DNA of 64,000 bases from assembly GCA_037142615.1 (NCBI GenBank), contig JBAXAI010000005.1, positions 1 to 64,000 of the forward strand. The letters run 5' to 3'. The stretch's first letter is position 1. Each line of letters starts with the position of its first letter. This stretch comes from Spirochaetales bacterium (GTDB lineage: Bacteria > Spirochaetota > Spirochaetia > JABEVK01). Positions 37,510 to 47,053 of the stretch are shown in pieces. The notes under the pieces were generated by a model, which saw nothing but the letters and a program-made list of their open reading frames with translations, was not told where the DNA came from and made no database searches. The translations under genes and the position numbers were made by a program.

Positions 37510-38900
37510 CCGACCCTCACCGCCCTGCGCACCTTGCCCTTCACGGGGGTGGTGGTCAGCCCGGCAAACGCCTGGTCGGCCACGTCGGCGCGCACGGCTA
37601 CCCACGTGCCCCACTCCGTGACCTTGATGGTGCCCACCTGGTCGCGGCTCAGCCCCAAGCCGGTGGTGAGCGCCCCCAGCACATCGCCGGGACGGATTTT
37701 GTCCTTTTTACCGTCGAGGAACTTGAGCATGGCCATCGGCGGACGGGGAAGGCGCGAACGCTCGGGACCGGTCTCGGCGGGGGCCGACGGCACAGAATCC
37801 CATTGCGGTCGCAAGCCGGTGAGGTCTTCCACGCGGCGCACCAACGCAACCTCGTGCGGTGACACAAGGCTGACGGCACGGCCAGCCTCGCCCGCTCGCC
37901 CGGTGCGGCCCACCCGGTGCACGTGAACTTCAGGGTCGGGGCTGACGTCGTAATTCACTACCAGGTCAAGCTTTGACACATCGAGCCCGCGCGAGGCCAC
38001 GTCGGTGGCCACCACGATGCTCAGGCAGCGGCCCACGAACAGCGCCATCACCTCGTCGCGGTCGCGCTGCTCCAAATCGCCCGACAAGTCGCGGGCCGAG
38101 AACCCCCGACGCTGCAGGTCGGCCGTCACCTCGCGGCCGGTGGCCTTGGTGTTCACAAACACGAGGGTCGACTCGGGCTGGTATTGCAGCAACAGAGCCG
38201 CCAGCAAGGTGGGCTTGGCCTCGCGGGTCGCCTCGTAAAACGACTGCACGGTGGTGGCGGTGTCGGCAGCGCTGACGTTCACTCGCACCGGATCGGTCAA
38301 GAAGGGTGCGGCGATCGCTTCGATTTCGGGCGGGTACGTCGCCGAGAACAGCAGAGTCTGCCGGTCGAAGGGGCACTCGCGGGCCACGGCGGCCATGTCG
38401 TCGGCAAAGCCCATTTCGAGCATGCGGTCGGCCTCGTCGAGCACCAAGTTGCGCAGCCCGTCGAGGTTCAAACTGCCGCGCCTCAAATGATCCAGAATCC
38501 GCCCCGGGGTTCCCACCACCACATGCGCCCCGTGAGCCAGACTATCGAGTTGGCCTTTGACGGGCACGCCGCCGCACAACGTGACGACCTTGAGGTTGGC
38601 AACGCTGCGGCCGAGTTTGCGCACTTCGATGGCCACTTGGTCGGCCAGTTCGCGGGTGGGGCACAGCACGAGCGCCTGCACGCCGAAAAAGCGGGGGTTG
38701 AGGCGGGTGAGCAACCCGAGGGCAAAGACCGCGGTCTTGCCGCTGCCGGTGGCGGCCTGGCCGATCAGGTCACGCCCGCCCAGAACCGAGGGCAAAGCCG
38801 CCTGCTGAATGGGCGTCAGGGTGGTGAAGCCCAACTGTGCCAACGTCCCGGAAAAGCCGGAAGGTAGCGCCAAGGAAGTAAAGGCGCGCGACGAGGGCAC
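37506..38900 (-). CDS. dbpA: DEAD-box RNA helicase DbpA
   Basis: TGSGKT, DEAD, SAT, HRVGRTGRAG, and the C-terminal DbpA RNA-binding domain (GKKDKIRPGDVLGALT). Confidence 0.92.
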   Translation of the reverse strand: MPSSRAFTSLALPSGFSGTLAQLGFTTLTPIQQAALPSVLGGRDLIGQAATGSGKTAVFALGLLTRLNPRFFGVQALVLCPTRELADQVAIEVRKLGRSVANLKVVTLCGGVPVKGQLDSLAHGAHVVVGTPGRILDHLRRGSLNLDGLRNLVLDEADRMLEMGFADDMAAVARECPFDRQTLLFSATYPPEIEAIAAPFLTDPVRVNVSAADTATTVQSFYEATREAKPTLLAALLLQYQPESTLVFVNTKATGREVTADLQRRGFSARDLSGDLEQRDRDEVMALFVGRCLSIVVATDVASRGLDVSKLDLVVNYDVSPDPEVHVHRVGRTGRAGEAGRAVSLVSPHEVALVRRVEDLTGLRPQWDSVPSAPAETGPERSRLPRPPMAMLKFLDGKKDKIRPGDVLGALTTGLGLSRDQVGTIKVTEWGTWVAVRADVADQAFAGLTTTPVKGKVRRAVRVG

Positions 38901-38922
38901 GCTCTGGGTGTATTCTGTTGTT

Positions 38923-39066
38923 ATGTCAGCCACAATTTGGTTCCTGCTGGGGATAGTTGCTTTGATCGGCGGGGTCGTCACCACCATAGTCCGCGGCATC
39001 CGAAAGGGGAAGGACCTGCCTCCGCCCGATCCGGCGAAACTACGCCCGTGGAATGACGAGAAGTAA
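38923..39066 (+). CDS. 47-aa single-pass membrane protein
   Basis: MSATIWFLLGIVALIGGVVTTIVRGIRKGKDLPPPDPAKLRPWNDEK; TATTCT 6 nt before the ATG; fills the gap between dbpA and the kinase. Confidence 0.6.
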   Translation: MSATIWFLLGIVALIGGVVTTIVRGIRKGKDLPPPDPAKLRPWNDEK

Positions 39067-39088
39067 CACCACCAGAGTTAGCTCAAGG

Positions 39089-40483
39089 CTAGCTGTACAG
39101 CGCCCGGTAAAGCCCGGTGAAGCGGTCAAAGTACTCGTCGATCACCGGCCAGGGCGACGGTAGAAAACGTGTGAACTCCTCGTGCGGGGTCAGGCTGACG
39201 CCAACGGCTTCGGCGCCCAACAAGGCAGCACCGCGGGCTGAGATGTCCCCTTGCGTCGAGACCGACAACTCCACCTGGAGCACGTTGGCGAGCATCTGGT
39301 TCCAGTAATTGTAGCGGGTGCTGCCGCCGACAATCCGGTAGTGCAACACCCCTTCGGTTCCCATGGTCTGCAGCCCAAGCCTTACGGTGCAGGCCACGCC
39401 AAGGAGGGCCGCATGCAACAGGTCGACGGGTTGGTGGTGTAGGCCCAACCCCGACCAAGCGGCGCGGGCGTTGGGATTGAGGTGCGGCGTGCGCTCGCCG
39501 GCAAGGTAGGGCAAGAACAACAGGTCGAGTGGTGACTTCGCGGCGCTGGCCTGCTCATAAAACTCGGGCCAGTCAAGGCCCACGGTTCGGCGCACCCATT
39601 CTAGGGCGACGCCCCCGTTGAGCATCCCAGCCATCTGGTAGAAGACGCCGGAACGCACGCTTTCGAACACGTTCAGCCCAGGATGGAAGGGGGGAAGCTC
39701 GTGAAGCAGGCGGACCACCTGAGTACCCGAACCGATGCTGATCTGCACCGTATCGCTCACAGGCAAGCCTGAACCAAAGATGGCTGCGGGTGTATCGCCT
39801 GCGCCAACGCCCACGGTTACTCCGGCTCGCAGACCTGTGAGGCGGGCTCCCTCGGGGCTGACCACTCCGGCTAGCGCGGCACTATCGAGGATGGGCGGCA
39901 ACTTGGCAACGTCGAGGCCGAGGCTCGTCAGCAGGTCGCTCATCCAGACCCCGCGCGTCAGGTCGTACATCAGCGTGCCGCTGGCGTCGGAGCGGTCGGT
40001 GCCGATCTGGCCAGTCAAGATCCAGCGCAGGTAGTCCTTCGGAGTCAAAAAAACGTCAGTTTCGCGGTAGAGCGCGGGCTCGTTCTCTTTGAGCCAAAGG
40101 ATCGACGTGATCGCCATGCCGCTGGCCCAGGAGTTGCGCACCCGGCGCAGGGGCTCGGGCCCTAGCTGTGTCAAACGGCCCAAGACATCTTTGCCTCGCT
40201 GGTCGGCCCAAAGGATGGCCGGGTACAACGCCCCGCGCTTCCAACTGCAGGCAACGACGCCGTGCATTTGCCCCGAAAGCCCGATCGAGTCGAGCCGCTG
40301 GGCAGGGAGCTTGGCTGTCAGCACCCGCAAGGCCGACAGCCACTCGGTCGTGTCGGTCTCGGCGTAGCCAGGCTTGGGAGCATTAACCAGGTACGGTTGC
40401 GCCCAAGTCTGCTCGGTGGTGTCGGACGACAACAGGAGAAGTTTGACCGAACCGGTGCCGAGGTCGATGCCGAGGTGGTTCAT
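39089..40483 (-). CDS. FGGY carbohydrate kinase (xylulokinase-like)
   Basis: GIDLGTGSVK, GLSGQMHG, DASGT, PYLAGERTP. Confidence 0.9.
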   Translation of the reverse strand: MNHLGIDLGTGSVKLLLLSSDTTEQTWAQPYLVNAPKPGYAETDTTEWLSALRVLTAKLPAQRLDSIGLSGQMHGVVACSWKRGALYPAILWADQRGKDVLGRLTQLGPEPLRRVRNSWASGMAITSILWLKENEPALYRETDVFLTPKDYLRWILTGQIGTDRSDASGTLMYDLTRGVWMSDLLTSLGLDVAKLPPILDSAALAGVVSPEGARLTGLRAGVTVGVGAGDTPAAIFGSGLPVSDTVQISIGSGTQVVRLLHELPPFHPGLNVFESVRSGVFYQMAGMLNGGVALEWVRRTVGLDWPEFYEQASAAKSPLDLLFLPYLAGERTPHLNPNARAAWSGLGLHHQPVDLLHAALLGVACTVRLGLQTMGTEGVLHYRIVGGSTRYNYWNQMLANVLQVELSVSTQGDISARGAALLGAEAVGVSLTPHEEFTRFLPSPWPVIDEYFDRFTGLYRALYS

Positions 40484-40490
40484 GGTCGCC

Positions 40491-41063
40491 TTAGGCGAAC
40501 GACCCCATCACTCCTTCGAGGTTCGTGTGACGCTTCTGCATCTCGTCCATGGAGACTTTGCGCTTCTCGATGAGGAGCATGACGATAATATCTTCAAACA
40601 GGAACAGCGCTTGCTCGAGCAACGAGGCCATCGGCTGCACCGAGGCGATCTCGGGGGGCGTGCCGAAAATCTGGCCTGGAACGGTGACCTTGACGTCGGC
40701 GTACTTGCCCTGCTCGTACTCGGGGTGCGCGGTGATGATAGCCACTCGTGCGCCGGCCTTTTTGGCCCGCTGGATGATGCCCAGGTCGATCTCGGTGACC
40801 GCGCAGTTGACGATCAGCAGGTCGCCCTTGCCGATCACGGGAGTAGTGGTGTCGAACACCACGTAGGCGTCGAAGCCCATGTGCTTGAGGCGCATGGCGA
40901 AGCCGCGCATCGAGGCCGTCATGCGTCCCATGGCGAACAGCTGGATGACTTTGGCCTTCTCGATCTCTTCGATCAGTTGGGCGATTTCTTTTTCCGAAAC
41001 GGCCTCGAGGACCTTTCGGTTTTCGTCGACGACGATCTTGGTTAGTTCCTGATAGCGGCTCAT
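40491..41063 (-). CDS. SIS-domain sugar-phosphate isomerase (HxlB/PHI-like)
   Basis: GFAMRLKHMG, QPMASLLEQ, RHTNLE. Confidence 0.85.
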   Translation of the reverse strand: MSRYQELTKIVVDENRKVLEAVSEKEIAQLIEEIEKAKVIQLFAMGRMTASMRGFAMRLKHMGFDAYVVFDTTTPVIGKGDLLIVNCAVTEIDLGIIQRAKKAGARVAIITAHPEYEQGKYADVKVTVPGQIFGTPPEIASVQPMASLLEQALFLFEDIIVMLLIEKRKVSMDEMQKRHTNLEGVMGSFA

Positions 41064-41099
41064 ACGGGTGTCTCCTTTTGGGGTCTGGGCGGTGGTAGT

Positions 41100-42143
41100 C
41101 TAGGCTGCGAGAGATTTAGCGCGTTTTCCGGGATTCTTGGCGCGGTACGAACGGTAGGCGATGACGCCGATCAGCAACGCTCCCCACAAGCCGAGCGTCA
41201 GGAACGAGCTGATCGACAGCAGGTTGAGCCCGCTGGTGATGGCCTGCATGATCAGAAGCGCCATCACAAGGCCCAGGACCTTGCCAAAGCCGCCGTCGGG
41301 GTCGGTGCCGCCGAGCACCGCGATGAGCACGGTGACCAGCAGGAGCGACGTGCCCTGACGGGCGTTGGCCGAAGAGAAGCGAGACAGCATGATGATGGCG
41401 GCAAACCCGACCAGAAGGCCCGAGAGCATGTAAGTCTTGATGATGACACGGTCGATGTTGACGGCTGAAAAACTGGTCGCCGTTTGGTTCGAACCCAGCA
41501 TGTACAACTGGCGTCCAAACGGGCGACGCTGTAGTACATAGGCAATGACGATGGCGACAACAACAAACAAGATCAGCGCGTAGGGTATCCCAAAAAAGGA
41601 ACCCGCCGCGATGTTGAGAAACTCTTCGGGCATGCCCGAAATCACGTAGCCCTTGGTGATGGCCAGCGTCAGCCCCTCGTACAGGATCATCGTTCCCAGG
41701 GTTGCCAACACGGGAGTGATTTTGAGTTTGGCGATCAGGAGGCCGTTGAACCAGCCGAGCAGCACCGAAAAGAGCAGGCCGCCGACAATGGTGACAACAA
41801 TCAACGGGATCGTCATTCCGGCGGCGGCGGCTCCCGGGCCGAAGGTGACGAACGTCACGGCCATGCCCACGCCCACCAAATTGGCGCTGCTGATGATCGA
41901 CAGGTTGATGCCGGCCGTGAGCATGGTCACCATCATCGCCAGCGACAAGAGGCCCAGTTCGGGAATCTGCGCCGCCATGGCTCCGAAGTTTTCGACGGAG
42001 AGAAAGTGAATGTTGCCCTCAGACACGATTTCGGTGGCGATGGAAAGAACCGCGACCACCCCGAGCAACAGAAACGGCAGAGCCGCCATTTCAGCGTTGC
42101 GGCGGCCCCAGCCTCGTGAGGCTTCGAGAATCTTATTGAGCAT
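41100..42143 (-). CDS. Sugar ABC transporter permease
   Basis: GINLS, GRQLYMLGSN, VLGG...GG.G. Confidence 0.9.
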   Translation of the reverse strand: MLNKILEASRGWGRRNAEMAALPFLLLGVVAVLSIATEIVSEGNIHFLSVENFGAMAAQIPELGLLSLAMMVTMLTAGINLSIISSANLVGVGMAVTFVTFGPGAAAAGMTIPLIVVTIVGGLLFSVLLGWFNGLLIAKLKITPVLATLGTMILYEGLTLAITKGYVISGMPEEFLNIAAGSFFGIPYALILFVVVAIVIAYVLQRRPFGRQLYMLGSNQTATSFSAVNIDRVIIKTYMLSGLLVGFAAIIMLSRFSSANARQGTSLLLVTVLIAVLGGTDPDGGFGKVLGLVMALLIMQAITSGLNLLSISSFLTLGLWGALLIGVIAYRSYRAKNPGKRAKSLAA

Positions 42144-43164
42144 GGTACTTCTTCTCCCGGTTGCGCGCAGCGATCGCGCTCAGTGTCGTAATCGCTATGC
42201 TGAGGATGACAATGCCCCCCACGAACACCTCGTGCCAGTAGGTAGGCACCTTCATGATGGTGAGTGCGTTCCCCAAAACGGCGAGCAGGGTGACGCCAAG
42301 AACTGTTCCGACCACCGTGCCCGAACCGCCAAAGATGCTGGCACCGCCCAAGACGACGGCCGCGACGACGTCGAACTCGTGGCCCACCAGCGTGTTGGGC
42401 ACCACGGTCTGCGTGATGAAGGTATGTACCAAGCCACCGAGACCGGCGCAGAAACCCAAAAAGCCGTAGGCGAAGATCCGGTAGCGCAGAATGTCGATTC
42501 CCGCGCGTCGGGCTGCTTCCAGGTTTCCGCCCATGGCGTAGAGCTTTCGGCCGGCCTTGAAGTAGTGCATTAAAAGGCCCGCCACGACCGCGACTGCGAT
42601 CCAGATCACCACGATGATCGAAAGGCCGTAGCTCACCCCGTCGGCATTCTGAAAGGAGATCACGTAGGTCTGCGGAAAGTGGTCGAACCACTCGGGAAAG
42701 CCGTTGAGCCACTCGCCGCCAGTAATGAACTGCAGCAACCCAAAGAAGATGTTGAGGTTGGCAATGGTAATGATGATGGGCGGTGCGTTCAGGTAATGGA
42801 TGAGCAGGGCGTTCAGCGACCCGAGAGCCACTCCGACCACCAGGGGCAGCAAGACGGCGACGGCCGGCGGAATATCGGGGTTGGCGATCAAGACTGTGCC
42901 CATCACGTACTGTGCGACGGTCGCAACCGCCGTAAAGGACACGTCAAGGCCGCCGGAAACCAGCACCAGCAAAAAGCCGATGGCAAAGATCCCGGTGTAT
43001 GAGGCGCTGAGCAAGATCGAGAACAGATTCTCGGGCCCGAGAAACCGCGGGCTGACGATGGTGATCGCGGTCACCATTCCCAAGAGGACCAGCAGGAGAA
43101 CCATTTCGTTCTGACCGAAGAGGCGCTGGAGGCGAAGTTGGACTGTGGGGCTACTATTGATCAT
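42133..43164 (-). CDS. Sugar ABC transporter permease
   Basis: GGLDVS, GRKLYAMGGNLEAARRAGI, AVVLGGASIFGGSG. Confidence 0.9.
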   Translation of the reverse strand: MINSSPTVQLRLQRLFGQNEMVLLLVLLGMVTAITIVSPRFLGPENLFSILLSASYTGIFAIGFLLVLVSGGLDVSFTAVATVAQYVMGTVLIANPDIPPAVAVLLPLVVGVALGSLNALLIHYLNAPPIIITIANLNIFFGLLQFITGGEWLNGFPEWFDHFPQTYVISFQNADGVSYGLSIIVVIWIAVAVVAGLLMHYFKAGRKLYAMGGNLEAARRAGIDILRYRIFAYGFLGFCAGLGGLVHTFITQTVVPNTLVGHEFDVVAAVVLGGASIFGGSGTVVGTVLGVTLLAVLGNALTIMKVPTYWHEVFVGGIVILSIAITTLSAIAARNREKKYHAQ

Positions 43165-43182
43165 ACCGGTACCATCCCTGGC

Positions 43183-44673
43183 TTACGAAAGATTGAAGTT
43201 CTCGAACAAGTCGCGCTCGGCGTCGGGCCCCGGAACAACCTCGTGCACGAACCTTCCCTTCTGCATGACGAGGATTCGATGGCAGTTGGCCAGCACCTCG
43301 GGAATCTCATCCGAGATGAGGATGATGCCGATTCCCTTTGTAGCCAATTCCTTTACCAAATCATGGACGCCGTTCTTGGCCAGCACGTCGATACCGATGG
43401 TTGGTTCATCCAGGATGAGGAGTTTGGGGTTGGTAGCCAGCCACTTGGACAGGACCACTTTTTGCTGGTTTCCACCCGAGAGCGTCTTCACCGACGAATC
43501 GAGCGAGGGGATCTTGATTTGCAGGTCTTTGACCCAGGTTTCGCCGTCGTGTTTCATCCGCTTTTTGTCGAGCAGGCCCAGCTTGGACAGCAGATTGTCG
43601 AGTACCGTCAGGCTCATGTTGTCGAGAATAGTCTGGGCCTGAATGACCCCCTGCCGCAGCCGGTCTTCGGGAACATAAACGATCCCCAACTTTTTGGCTT
43701 CGCTGTTGGTGCGAAGCTTGATGGGCTTTCCTTCCAGCAGAATGGTGCCGGAATCGGGATGTGTCATACCGAAAATCGACAGCGCCAACTCGGTTCGGCC
43801 CGAACCCAAAAGGCCGGTGATTCCGACAATCTCTCCCTTCTTGACGGTAAAGGACAGGTCGGAAAACTCGCCGTTGCGGGTGAGGTTCTTCACCTCGAGC
43901 AAGGTTTCGGCAGCCGGGTCGAGGGGCGCGGGCGGAGCGCTCTCGTATTTGCGGCCCGTCATCAAGAAGACGAGCTTTTTGTGATCGATTTCGGCGGGCG
44001 TGTATTCGCCAATCTTTTCACCGTCACGGAGCACGGTGACGCGCTCGGCGATCTCGAACACTTCGTTGAGCTTGTGGCTGACGAACATCGTGGTCACGCC
44101 GCGGGCCTTGAGGCGGGCAATGACTTCAAACAGCGCGTTGACTTCCTTGCGGGTCAGCGAGGCCGTCGGTTCGTCGAGAACCAGCAGTTTTGGCTCGCCA
44201 ATCAAAGCGCGGGTGATTTCGACCAGTTGCTGCTGGGCGATGGGCAACGAACCCGTCAGGCGGTTGAGGTCGAGATCGAGGCCGATCAAGTCCATGGCAG
44301 CGCGTGCGGTCTTTTCAACCTTTCGCCACCTCACCAGCAAGGAGCCTTTGTCGCTGAACGACTGGAAGGCAATGTTTTCCTTGACGGTCAGGTTGGGAAA
44401 GAGAGCCAGGTCCTGATAGATGACGCGCACGCCCTGTTCGAGCGCTTGTTGGGCGGTCAGATGGGGAAAGACCTTCCCGTCGATGGTGATCTCGCTACCT
44501 TCGTCGGGCTTCACCACTCCTGAAAGGATTTTGATCAAAGTGGACTTACCGGAGCCGTTTTCACCGCAAAGGCAGTGCACTTCGCCCCGTTTCAGCTGAA
44601 AATCGATCTGTTTGAGCGCCTGCACTCCCGCGTAGTTCTTTGTAACATGGCGCATCGCTATGAAGTCCGACAT
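43183..44673 (-). CDS. Sugar ABC transporter ATP-binding protein (CUT2, two domains)
   Basis: GENGSGKST, LDEPT, LSGGNQQK. Confidence 0.93.
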   Translation of the reverse strand: MSDFIAMRHVTKNYAGVQALKQIDFQLKRGEVHCLCGENGSGKSTLIKILSGVVKPDEGSEITIDGKVFPHLTAQQALEQGVRVIYQDLALFPNLTVKENIAFQSFSDKGSLLVRWRKVEKTARAAMDLIGLDLDLNRLTGSLPIAQQQLVEITRALIGEPKLLVLDEPTASLTRKEVNALFEVIARLKARGVTTMFVSHKLNEVFEIAERVTVLRDGEKIGEYTPAEIDHKKLVFLMTGRKYESAPPAPLDPAAETLLEVKNLTRNGEFSDLSFTVKKGEIVGITGLLGSGRTELALSIFGMTHPDSGTILLEGKPIKLRTNSEAKKLGIVYVPEDRLRQGVIQAQTILDNMSLTVLDNLLSKLGLLDKKRMKHDGETWVKDLQIKIPSLDSSVKTLSGGNQQKVVLSKWLATNPKLLILDEPTIGIDVLAKNGVHDLVKELATKGIGIILISDEIPEVLANCHRILVMQKGRFVHEVVPGPDAERDLFENFNLS

Positions 44674-44705
44674 CGGTGTTTTCCTTGGGCGGGTGGTGTA
44701 AAGGG

Positions 44706-44753
44706 GGCCGGGCAGGACCCCGTAGCAAGTGTACTACAGAATCTTGCCCGGCC
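44706..44753. terminator. Intercistronic stem-loop after the binding-protein gene
   Basis: GGCCGGGCAGGA...TCTTGCCCGGCC stem; the usual position for an mRNA-stabilising or attenuating hairpin. Confidence 0.5.
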
Positions 44754-44781
44754 GTTATGTCAGAGAAGAGAGCGGGAACTA

Positions 44782-45813
44782 CTAGAACCCGAAGGAGTCG
44801 GCGTTAGAGGCGGAAACTTCGGCGTCAGCATGGAAGGTGATCACACCGACCTTGCTGGCGTTGGGCGAGACCGACTGTGCGCCGAACTGAGGCAGGTTTC
44901 CGATATCTTCGAGCTTCACGCCCGAAAGCATGCGTTCGATGATGTAGGCGGAATCCTTGCCGATCAGGTAGGGGTTACCGATGTAGCTGGCCTTGAGGCT
45001 GCCGTCGAGCAGGTACTTCTTGGCTTGGCTGGGAACAGCCGAACCAACGATGGCCACACGCTTTTGCACACCCTTTTCGGTGACAGCTTGGGCGCCGCCG
45101 ATAGGACCGGCCGAACCGACGTACAGCACGCCGACCAGGTCGGGATACGCGGTGATCAACTGCAGGGTCTTGTCATGCGCTTCCTGAACGTTTTCCGAAC
45201 CTTCCAAGCGACTGGTCACTTGCTTCAGGTCGGGGTAGTTCTTGGCAAGGTATTCGACAGCGGCATCGGCGCGGGCGTTATGGCCCTGGTTGGTCAAGCC
45301 ACCGACCATGACAGCGTAGCCACCCTTGGTTCCGGCATGCTTCACGAAAATGTCAGCCATGTCTTTGCCTTCTTTGGCAAGAATGAAGAACTCAATGTCG
45401 GCGTAAGCGTTCACAATGGTCGAAGCTTCCGAAGTCAACATCAGGATGCCGGCGGCCATCCCTTTCTTCATGGCAGGTTCGATGACAGCGGTGTCGTTGG
45501 GAACAACGAGAATACAGTCAGGCTTCTTGGCGATCGCATCTTCGATCAGACGGGCCTGAGCGGCGGGGTCGGTGGTCGCTGCACCGCTGACGGTGTACTT
45601 GATGTTGCTTCCCTTGGCGAAGTCATTGAAACCTTGGGTCATGGCATTGAACCACGGCACTCCGACAAGCTTGGGAACGAAGATCACAGAAAACTGCTTG
45701 ATCTTGGCCTTGGGGATCGACTGTGCAGACAACGACGGTGCCGCAACCAGACCGAGAACCAGAGCGGACAGAACGGCGAGCCGCGCGATGCGCGACACCA
45801 CTTTAAGAATCAT
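44782..45813 (-). CDS. Sugar ABC substrate-binding protein (LsrB/RhaS-like)
   Basis: Signal peptide; FVPKLVGVPWF, DPAAQARLIED.IAK. Confidence 0.88.
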   Translation of the reverse strand: MILKVVSRIARLAVLSALVLGLVAAPSLSAQSIPKAKIKQFSVIFVPKLVGVPWFNAMTQGFNDFAKGSNIKYTVSGAATTDPAAQARLIEDAIAKKPDCILVVPNDTAVIEPAMKKGMAAGILMLTSEASTIVNAYADIEFFILAKEGKDMADIFVKHAGTKGGYAVMVGGLTNQGHNARADAAVEYLAKNYPDLKQVTSRLEGSENVQEAHDKTLQLITAYPDLVGVLYVGSAGPIGGAQAVTEKGVQKRVAIVGSAVPSQAKKYLLDGSLKASYIGNPYLIGKDSAYIIERMLSGVKLEDIGNLPQFGAQSVSPNASKVGVITFHADAEVSASNADSFGF

Positions 45814-45958
45814 ACATGCCTCCTAGGCGAATTGGTATAGTGCATATTCGCGCCACTCTCCGAATCTGTCAATACCAATTATTTAACTTTGGATACGATT
45901 TGTCTTGCACGAAGTTTACCATTTGGCTATTATTCCTTTACCAAGTTCGGAGGATTGC

Positions 45959-47053
45959 ATGAAGAGCAAGGATATCTATGCGGAGTTGCTGAGTCAGGTC
46001 GAGCAGGGAACCTGGAAGCCGGGCGACAAACTTCCCACCGAGCGCGAGTTGTCGGAACGCTACGGCGTGTCGCGCCCCACGGTGAGCCGCGTGCTCGACC
46101 AATTGCGCGACCTGGGCCTGATCGAACGCATCGTGGGCTCTGGCACGTATCTGTCGTCGCAATCGGGCAAACGCAAGGGCACGCAAAAAACCTTCGGCCT
46201 GTTTGTTCCTGGGCTGGGCCGCGGCGAAATCTTCGAGCCCATCTGCACCCGCATCGCCGAGCTGTCGCACGAATACGATTTCTCGCTCATTTGGGGCAGC
46301 ATCCCCAGCGGCCACGATGAGTCCACCGAGGAACGGCTGTACCAGACGGCGCAGCGGTTCATCGAAGGCGGGGTAGACGGCGTGTTTCTCCAGCCGGTCG
46401 AGCGCGAAGCGGGCCTTTCGAACAAGAACCTCCGCCTCGCCTCGATGTTTGAGAGCGCCGGCATTCCGCTGGTCTTGCTCGACAGCGATTATCTGCTCTA
46501 CCCTGAGCGAAGCGCCCACGACTTGGTAGGCATCGACAACATCCAGGCGGGGCTGGTGCTGTGCACCCACTTCCTGGAAAAAGTCCCCAGGCGGATCGAC
46601 TTTCTGTGGCGTCCCAACACGGCAGGAACCTATGCGGTTCGCTTGATCGGCTACCGCGAGGCCTTGCAGCGCGCGGGGATTGAGCCCAGCCGGGCCTACG
46701 AACACCGGGGCAAACCCCACGACGCGGAGTTTGTCGCCGAAATGATCAAAGGAGGCGCCCATGACATCATCTGCGTCAACGACGAGACGGCCGTCACTCT
46801 CATTATCACGCTGGAGAGTTTGGGCCTCCGGGTGCCCGAAGACGTCCGGGTGGCCGGTTTTGACGACCTCAAGTACGCCAGTCTGGCGCATGTGCCGCTA
46901 ACCACCATGCACCAACCCTGCCGCGAAATCGGCGAGGTAGCGCTGAGCGCGATGCTGTCGCGGGTCGCGAATCCCGGCCTCCCCCCGCGCAACCTGACCA
47001 TCGCGGCTGAACTCAAGGTGCGCAAGTCATCGTGGACGGGCACCCCCGCGTGA
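45959..47053 (+). CDS. GntR-HTH / LacI-sensor hybrid regulator (AraR-like)
   Basis: LPTERELSERYGVSRPTV..GSGTY, then a periplasmic-binding fold with VPEDVRVAGFDD. Confidence 0.9.
   Translation: MKSKDIYAELLSQVEQGTWKPGDKLPTERELSERYGVSRPTVSRVLDQLRDLGLIERIVGSGTYLSSQSGKRKGTQKTFGLFVPGLGRGEIFEPICTRIAELSHEYDFSLIWGSIPSGHDESTEERLYQTAQRFIEGGVDGVFLQPVEREAGLSNKNLRLASMFESAGIPLVLLDSDYLLYPERSAHDLVGIDNIQAGLVLCTHFLEKVPRRIDFLWRPNTAGTYAVRLIGYREALQRAGIEPSRAYEHRGKPHDAEFVAEMIKGGAHDIICVNDETAVTLIITLESLGLRVPEDVRVAGFDDLKYASLAHVPLTTMHQPCREIGEVALSAMLSRVANPGLPPRNLTIAAELKVRKSSWTGTPA

Noticed and set aside
40491-41063. RuMP formaldehyde-fixation pathway
   Set aside because: HxlB-like gene without hxlA in the window; the context is sugar uptake.
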